Shown piece after piece: positions 57,481 to 64,000 of a stretch of 64,000 nt of DNA (position 1 is its first letter; the number at the start of each line of letters is the position of its first letter). The notes under the pieces were generated by a model, which was not told the DNA's origin, did no database searches, and was given only the letters and a program-made list of their open reading frames with translations. The DNA comes from a virus, in the IMG/VR virus record IMGVR_UViG_3300032053_000045, positions 1 to 64,000 of that record; one strand, written 5' to 3'. The position numbers were made by a program, and so were the translations under genes.

Positions 57481-59523
57481 ATGTTGGAATACAATTTAAA
57501 CTTTGAAAATATGTTCGGCTCTGCTGATATAAATCAGGGCAGCGTTAATGCTATCAAAATGCAAATGGATCATTTGCGGACAATGATAGGCAGTAACCAA
57601 CCAAGACAAGTTCCCGCAGGTGTTTATGGAAGAAGTTTTATGAGAAGTGCAGGAGTTGATGGTTATACTCCTCAAGAAGCAACCTATGTTGGAACTCAAA
57701 TGCGCCCTCAGTTTGAAAGACTTTTACCAAAATTTTCGACAGCGATGGCCGGAGTTACCGGAGCACAGGGTGAAGATGAAATAAAAAAATCATATTCTGA
57801 GTTGACCAAGGTTACTAAAGATTACATGAATATCTTAAGAGATACAGTAAAGACAAGTAAAGAGTATCGTGGAGCTCAAGAAGACGCTACTAAAGCTATT
57901 ACTGGATTCGGTGGTTCGATTGTAAGTTTAGTTTCTAATCTTGGAAGGATGAATTTAGCTGGTGCGGCCGGAGATATTCAAGGTATGGGTGGGGGGATGG
58001 GAGGTTTAGCTGGTTTAGCAGGTAAAGGGATGCTAAGCGGCGGAGCGATTGCTGCGGGAGTTGGCGGTGGATTATTGATGGCTGTAGCAGCAGCCGCGAC
58101 TATGGGTATTAGTACTTTAGCGGGAAGATTTGAAAGTCAAGCCGGATCCACACTTGACTATATGCGGACTTTGAATCAAATGGGGATACTTCCTTCTCGA
58201 AATTTATTAGGAGTGGGAGCAAAGCCAGGAATGTATGAGACTCCTGTAACTGTTGGATATGATAAACTTAGTCTTCAAGCGTATGGTGTATCCGAGATAG
58301 TAGGTAATACAATTGGGGGGATGGCTGGTACTTATACAGGCCCTATTGGAGCAGCTCTTATTGGCAGAAAGATAAATACGGGAATAGGTATTGGTGGTAC
58401 AGTAGAAAGACAAGAAATTGAAACAAGATCAGTAATGAAAGAATTTGCAAAATCGTCGGCTGATTTCGGCAGACAAGTTGGAATAATTGCACAAGGAGTT
58501 GTTAGACCAACAGAAGGACTGGATAACAAAAATATTACTGAATTGGTCAAAACTTTAAATCGTTTAGAAGTGACAACAGGAACTGCAGCAGAACAATGGG
58601 CACAAACAACAGCAAAAATGATTGAGCAGAGAGGAATTTCTACTCAGCAAGCTACAGACGAGTTGACACAAATGTATGGTATAGGAAAAACAATGGGCAT
58701 GAGAGGAAAAGAATTCAAATCATGGCAGGATGTTTCGACAGATTTAGCAAGAAGAGCATTTTTGGGAGGTCCAGGAGCTCAAGAGCCTATTGAGGCGATG
58801 AAAGCCGCAGTCGCCAATATGAGAAATAATTATAGACCAGAAGAGGCAGCGAATATTTTACAAACAATGACCGGATTTACTGCGGCTGGGTTAACTAATC
58901 AAAAAGCATTTATGACATATTCAACAATTGGCGGACTTTCTATGCAAGAAATGCTTCATCCTTGGAATCCTGCTGTACAAAGAAAACTTGCGGCTAATAT
59001 GGGTCGTGGGGCAAGAGAAATGGCGGGAGGATCTGTTATTCCTTCCGAATTTATGCTAATGTCATTGACCGGTGCTACTCCAGGAACTGATTTATATGGG
59101 TATTTTGCTAAAACAGCTTTTGGCGGGGCAGCATTTACAGGACCAACATATGATGAAGCAAAAAAGATAGAGATAAATAGAAAAAAGATAGTGGATGGTG
59201 TCAAAAGTATAATGGGTCCAAGTGCTACTATTAACGCAGAAGGATCACTCGTAGTTGATTCGTCAAAGTGGACAAACCAAGAAATTGTAAAAAAATCCGG
59301 TGAGTTGAAAGAAGATAAAGATCGTAGGGATCTTATTGATAAAGGAGCTTTAGATGCCGCATCAGCTAAAGAATGGGGAACAAATTTGGCAGAAGGATTT
59401 ACAACATTTTTAGCAAAAGGAGCACTAACAATTGGTAAAATGACGGTTATGAATATGGAACCAATTAAATATACTCGTGGTTCTGAAAATAGAGGAGCTT
59501 CTATAGCCCCGGCTAATAGATAA
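57481..59523 (+). CDS. tape measure protein
   Basis: 680 aa, G/A/M-rich helical sequence; position after the chaperones. Confidence 0.75.
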   Translation: MLEYNLNFENMFGSADINQGSVNAIKMQMDHLRTMIGSNQPRQVPAGVYGRSFMRSAGVDGYTPQEATYVGTQMRPQFERLLPKFSTAMAGVTGAQGEDEIKKSYSELTKVTKDYMNILRDTVKTSKEYRGAQEDATKAITGFGGSIVSLVSNLGRMNLAGAAGDIQGMGGGMGGLAGLAGKGMLSGGAIAAGVGGGLLMAVAAAATMGISTLAGRFESQAGSTLDYMRTLNQMGILPSRNLLGVGAKPGMYETPVTVGYDKLSLQAYGVSEIVGNTIGGMAGTYTGPIGAALIGRKINTGIGIGGTVERQEIETRSVMKEFAKSSADFGRQVGIIAQGVVRPTEGLDNKNITELVKTLNRLEVTTGTAAEQWAQTTAKMIEQRGISTQQATDELTQMYGIGKTMGMRGKEFKSWQDVSTDLARRAFLGGPGAQEPIEAMKAAVANMRNNYRPEEAANILQTMTGFTAAGLTNQKAFMTYSTIGGLSMQEMLHPWNPAVQRKLAANMGRGAREMAGGSVIPSEFMLMSLTGATPGTDLYGYFAKTAFGGAAFTGPTYDEAKKIEINRKKIVDGVKSIMGPSATINAEGSLVVDSSKWTNQEIVKKSGELKEDKDRRDLIDKGALDAASAKEWGTNLAEGFTTFLAKGALTIGKMTVMNMEPIKYTRGSENRGASIAPANR

Positions 59524-59525
59524 TA

Positions 59526-61466
59526 ATGACAAAAATATATTCTCCCGAATATTATATTAGAATATTTAACAGAGTAGACATTAAAAAAACGGTTAACGTT
59601 ATAAATCCAACAAATGTTTTGTCAATTGAAGTAAACAAAGATCTTTATCAAGCGGCTGGAACATGGGCCATAACTTTTGATTATAGAGATGGAACAATAG
59701 ATGATAACGGTTGGTTTCTGCAAGTTGAACCAATGGATTATGTTGAAATATATATACGAAGAGAACCGGTAATATCTAAAAACTCTGATGGAGTTGACGG
59801 TGATTGGGGATTCGGTGTCTATAAAAAATCAGATGAGGGATCGTATACATTTGTTGATGATTTCAGTATAGCAGCAGTAGAACTTGTTGAAAATGCTTCT
59901 CCCTCTACAGCAAATTTATCAGTTATCCCCTCATCAACTTTTAACAGTGTTTCTACGGTTCCTACGGCTGGACTATCTTCAACTTCATTGTTAAATGGAA
60001 CAAGTTTAAAATATAACAGTAATCAGCGCCCGTTAAATGTGGACGAAAAAGTACAAAATCCATATTTTGTATATTCAGGATATGTCGATAAAGTAATTAA
60101 TAATTTTAATATTACAAATGGAACTCCTAATAATTCATTAGTTATAACAGGTCGTGGTGTTGAGAAAATTTTACAAGAGCATAGTATATTTTTTAATATT
60201 CAGGAAAGCAAAACATATCTCGCCAAACAAGCCGAGGCATTTTTTGCTTTACCTAACCTGAAGCCAGCCGAAGCAATCGGTTATGTTTTATTAAGATTTT
60301 TTTTAGATTATTTTGATCCGGAACAAGCTCCTCTTAAAACTAATACTTCCTCAGGGCTAAATACTTTAGTAGGGGATAAGTTTACTTTAGAATTACACAC
60401 TGATTTATCAACACTGCAGGAAGATGATGTCCAAAATAGAATCAGATATTTGCAAAATGAAATAAAAAATGATCCCAACAATACAACTGCCAAAAATGAG
60501 CTTCAAAACATTAAAGACGAAAAAGTATTAAGAATTATTTATAATCAAATGCCAGCGATGAGAAATATTTATTGGGCATTGGACAACGATCCCAAATATA
60601 ATAGTTGGGGAAGACTTATATCGAAATCAACTGGTAGAGCGAGGACAATAGCTAATGTTGTTGACGGCCCTCTTTGGGCAACATTACAAAGAATATCAGA
60701 TTCTTTCTTAAATGAATTTTTTGTTGATGAAACAGGAAATATTGTTCTTAGATTAGCAGAAGATGCTTGGAGTCAAACTAAAGATAAACCATTAGATGCA
60801 ACAGCAAATTGGGGAAGCTGGTATGAAATAAAAAATTCTGAAATTCATTCTTGGTCTTTTACTCGAAGTGACGATCAATTAAAAACATTAGTTCAAGTTA
60901 TTCCTGTTGCCTTTATTGCCGGAACAGAATCAGTTATTTCTGGCTATTATGGACAATCTCCGTTAACAAATAGAGCTAAGGATTTTTTGTTTCAACAATT
61001 TAAAAGTGGACAAGTTAGTTCAGGAGAGACTCAGGTCCAAATAGATTTTGCTCTCAATGATAAAAGAAATCAGTTAAAAAATAAAGTAAGCTCTTATAGT
61101 TTAGATACTGACATAAAAATTCAACAATTTTTTCAAAGATTCGGAGTAAGGCCATTACAAATTCATGATATTTATCATTTCAATCTTAATGAAATTCTCG
61201 ATGTTGCGAGAACAGCGTTTACCAGAATGGCTAATAATTTCTGGACTGGTGTCATAACAGTTAAGGGAGATCAGAAATATAAAATTGGAAGAATTGTGTT
61301 TTTATCGGATATCAATGCTAAATTCTATTGTCACGGAGTTCAACATAGTTTTAAATGGGGGGCTGGGTGGACAACAACACTTCAATTAACAAGAGGAGAA
61401 GTAATAAATTCGTATACGAATAATAATGCATTTCCCATTGCTACTACGGATACTACAACATTATGA
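59526..61466 (+). CDS. baseplate hub-like tail protein
   Basis: PMDYVEIY, GY.DKV, ITGRG..K, NEFFVDE, G.ITV.GD...KIG, GWTTTLQLTRG. Confidence 0.65.
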   Translation: MTKIYSPEYYIRIFNRVDIKKTVNVINPTNVLSIEVNKDLYQAAGTWAITFDYRDGTIDDNGWFLQVEPMDYVEIYIRREPVISKNSDGVDGDWGFGVYKKSDEGSYTFVDDFSIAAVELVENASPSTANLSVIPSSTFNSVSTVPTAGLSSTSLLNGTSLKYNSNQRPLNVDEKVQNPYFVYSGYVDKVINNFNITNGTPNNSLVITGRGVEKILQEHSIFFNIQESKTYLAKQAEAFFALPNLKPAEAIGYVLLRFFLDYFDPEQAPLKTNTSSGLNTLVGDKFTLELHTDLSTLQEDDVQNRIRYLQNEIKNDPNNTTAKNELQNIKDEKVLRIIYNQMPAMRNIYWALDNDPKYNSWGRLISKSTGRARTIANVVDGPLWATLQRISDSFLNEFFVDETGNIVLRLAEDAWSQTKDKPLDATANWGSWYEIKNSEIHSWSFTRSDDQLKTLVQVIPVAFIAGTESVISGYYGQSPLTNRAKDFLFQQFKSGQVSSGETQVQIDFALNDKRNQLKNKVSSYSLDTDIKIQQFFQRFGVRPLQIHDIYHFNLNEILDVARTAFTRMANNFWTGVITVKGDQKYKIGRIVFLSDINAKFYCHGVQHSFKWGAGWTTTLQLTRGEVINSYTNNNAFPIATTDTTTL

Positions 61467-62284
61467 TGGGAGATTCATTACATCAAACTGAATTATTTGT
61501 TGGGAGAGTAACATCTGTATATCCTGAAACATATACTCTTTCTGTAATGCCGTTGGCAGGAAGAATGGGTATGAAATATGTTAGAGTGACAACTCAAAAT
61601 GCCTGTGCATTAAGAAATAATCAAACTCAGGGTTATTTTTGGATGCCACATGTTAATGATACTGTTGTTTGTGCTTTTGTTGAAGGAATGCCAGATTATC
61701 CAATTTGTTTGGGTGTATTATTCACTGATACTTTTACAAAACCGCCACAGGCAGCAACAAAAAGTGTTGGAGGAATAGATGTTTATCAACATTATGATTA
61801 CGTTGTTCAACATCAAACTGGTTCATTTATAAGAATAAGAAATTTAAATCAACCAACACAGTCCAGTAGCGGATCGACAACCGGGGAATGGCAACTTCCA
61901 ACAACAGATTTACCAGAAATTGTTATTCAGCAGCAATTAGCTAACAAAACTGATTATAATGAAATCAAATTAACAGAGACTGTAGCAGGAACTTCTACAG
62001 TGAATATAACACATCACTCCGGGGCAACAATTCAAATAGACAAAGATGGAAATGTTATCATAACTCCGGCATCTGGTAAAAAAATAGAATTAGGTAGTAG
62101 TTCTTCAAGTGAAAGTTTAGTTTTGGGAAATTCATTTAAAACGTTATTTAATACTCATATTCATGCAACAGGTATGGGACCAAGTGGACCAGCTTTAGAT
62201 TCTACTCTTGCTGCAAATCCAATGGATAATCCAGCAGTTCCAAGTTATCCGCATTTGAGTGTTAAAGCAAAAACGGAAGTATGA
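61463..62284 (+). CDS. baseplate spike (gpV/gp5-like)
   Basis: GRVTSV, MPHVND.VVCAF.EG...PI.LG, HHSGATIQID, FNTHIH. Confidence 0.75.
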   Translation: MMGDSLHQTELFVGRVTSVYPETYTLSVMPLAGRMGMKYVRVTTQNACALRNNQTQGYFWMPHVNDTVVCAFVEGMPDYPICLGVLFTDTFTKPPQAATKSVGGIDVYQHYDYVVQHQTGSFIRIRNLNQPTQSSSGSTTGEWQLPTTDLPEIVIQQQLANKTDYNEIKLTETVAGTSTVNITHHSGATIQIDKDGNVIITPASGKKIELGSSSSSESLVLGNSFKTLFNTHIHATGMGPSGPALDSTLAANPMDNPAVPSYPHLSVKAKTEV

Positions 62285-62829
62285 GTTTAAATAAAACAAT
62301 ATTAAAAACAGCAATCAAAAATATAACACTTACTGGGTATACAACTATTTCTTCCGCCGCGACCGCGTGGTCCAATTCCTACGATGATTATACAAACGGA
62401 GTTACGTCTTATGCTCAAGATCAGTCTACAGATAGGGTTGTAACCGTGAATAAATCTGCACTACAAGCTGGATTAGTAACTGCTTTTTCTTCAGGAACAG
62501 CAATTGGAGCTGCCAATGGAATAGAAACTGCCTGTATTTCTTATTGGGCTGGAGCTATTTTTGGAATATCATTTCCTCCAACTTTATTGGATCCATTAGC
62601 CATAAGCGATGTCTCTGCTGTAGTTAGTTTTCCAGGAAGTGGATTGTCAGCTTCTCTTCAAGCTATTTTTTCTGTATTAAGTTCGGATGCTGATAGTAAA
62701 GCAAATGATATTGCAACTGCATTTGATAATTATACAAAAACAGTTCGAGTGTTATGTAATTATTTAAAAACAAATCCGGCTCCACCCCCTCCAATTATAC
62801 CAGGTGTAATAACGTTATCAATAAATTAA
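62281..62829 (+). CDS. hypothetical baseplate-region protein
   Basis: Coupled ORF after the spike. Confidence 0.5.
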   Translation: MSLNKTILKTAIKNITLTGYTTISSAATAWSNSYDDYTNGVTSYAQDQSTDRVVTVNKSALQAGLVTAFSSGTAIGAANGIETACISYWAGAIFGISFPPTLLDPLAISDVSAVVSFPGSGLSASLQAIFSVLSSDADSKANDIATAFDNYTKTVRVLCNYLKTNPAPPPPIIPGVITLSIN

Positions 62830-62839
62830 AGGAGAAACA

Positions 62840-63472
62840 ATGACTGATTTAGGGCTAAGACTATATTATATTTATAATCAGCAAGAGACTCCAACACAAC
62901 CTGGTTTAAAAGTAGTTTATTTAATTGATTTTAATTATATCTCTCAATTAATTCCTATTGGAGTAGAAAGATTCGATGTTGCTGGGGACTCGAGAAAAAC
63001 AATTCAACAAACTATTGGTATTTATGACCAAAATAAAGAATCTTATTCAGATAATTTTTACGTAGATACATGGGCTAATTCTCCCGATAAAATTGTTTTA
63101 TCTGGAACTGTTAAAATGCCTGAAGCAGTAGAACAACCAATAATTTCAGCCAGAACAACAAATACTTTAGGTTCAAATAAAACTGGAATATTTGGAACTC
63201 TTCTTAATGTATTAACACTTAATACTAATTCTAAAGCTCCTCAATCAATGTCTTTTATTGGAGCATTGGAGCAATTTTATAAATGGAATTCTTTAGCGAG
63301 TAGGGTCCACGGAGGAGATAGTTTGATATTATTCGATTTTTTAAAACAACAAATGTTTACAGTAACAATTGCAAGTAAAAGATATTCAATGACTGTAGAT
63401 AAGCCAATGCTAATTCCATGGGAAATTAGTTTGACAGTTATAGATCAAACCGATATGAGCACAATTAAATGA
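62840..63472 (+). CDS. putative baseplate/tube-initiator protein
   Basis: QQTIG..YVDTW...I.LSG; position. Confidence 0.5.
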   Translation: MTDLGLRLYYIYNQQETPTQPGLKVVYLIDFNYISQLIPIGVERFDVAGDSRKTIQQTIGIYDQNKESYSDNFYVDTWANSPDKIVLSGTVKMPEAVEQPIISARTTNTLGSNKTGIFGTLLNVLTLNTNSKAPQSMSFIGALEQFYKWNSLASRVHGGDSLILFDFLKQQMFTVTIASKRYSMTVDKPMLIPWEISLTVIDQTDMSTIK

Positions 63473-64000
63473 TGGCAACAACTACAGATTTATATGGAGT
63501 AGATTTTAAACTGGAAGAAAAAGACTTAACTCTAAGTTCTTCTGGGGGGTATGACATATATAGTAGTGAAGATAATTTACTGCAGTCCATAAATAATAGA
63601 TTATCAACTGAATTAGGAAGTTTGGTATATGATCCGGCATATGGAGTTGATCTTAGTTTGGTTATTGGAGAGAAAAATATCCCAATAAAAACTCAAATTT
63701 TAAGATCTTCTATTGCAACAGCATTAAAGGCGGAGCCGAGAATTGCCACGATAACAAGATTAGAAGTTATAAATAATCCAACTAATCCGCAGATTATTTA
63801 TGTTTCAATAGAAGTTTTACCTATAAATTCTATGACAACAATAACGACCAATTTAATTTATCCAACATATCTTAATCAGACAAACTTAAGAGTATCGGAC
63901 GAGACTACCACATCTGTTAGTAAATTTGTTGTCGATACTCAATATGATATTTATTCAGTCGCTGGAATATATTTATATACTGACACAAATAAAGCTGGTA
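63472..64000 (+). CDS. gp25/gpW-like baseplate wedge protein (runs off the window end)
   Basis: Translation DNLLQSINNRLSTELGSL.YDPAYG..ALKAEPRI; not in the ORF track. Confidence 0.75.
   Translation, partial: MATTTDLYGVDFKLEEKDLTLSSSGGYDIYSSEDNLLQSINNRLSTELGSLVYDPAYGVDLSLVIGEKNIPIKTQILRSSIATALKAEPRIATITRLEVINNPTNPQIIYVSIEVLPINSMTTITTNLIYPTYLNQTNLRVSDETTTSVSKFVVDTQYDIYSVAGIYLYTDTNKAG

Noticed and set aside
813-60493. Remaining minus-strand and nested ORFs in the track
   Set aside because: They are shadows of well-supported plus-strand genes (F/L/S-rich antisense translations).

Overview
Left-to-right (+ strand) late/structural region of a large AT-rich tailed phage with a contractile tail. 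It contains accessory genes (RRM protein, glutaredoxin, mini-NrdD, tRNA-fMet, Hsp20), a 7-gene glycan synthesis/modification cluster, a family of motif-sharing putative head-packaged proteins, and then portal, prohead protease/scaffold, capsid, neck, sheath, three tube paralogues, frameshifted tail chaperones, tape measure and baseplate genes. The main observation is the apparently almost gene-free 7.8 kb at 38352-46131. It is one major capsid protein gene split into 17 exons (11-344 nt, 918 nt in total) by 16 group I introns. Splicing each intron at its P1 U.G pair and terminal G gives an open 305-aa HK97-like capsid protein. Three of the introns carry homing endonucleases. These three genes and two free-standing endonuclease genes share a covarying 5' RNA structure whose loop pairs with the ribosome-binding site. 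All calls come from reading motifs by eye; no database searches or folding programs were run.
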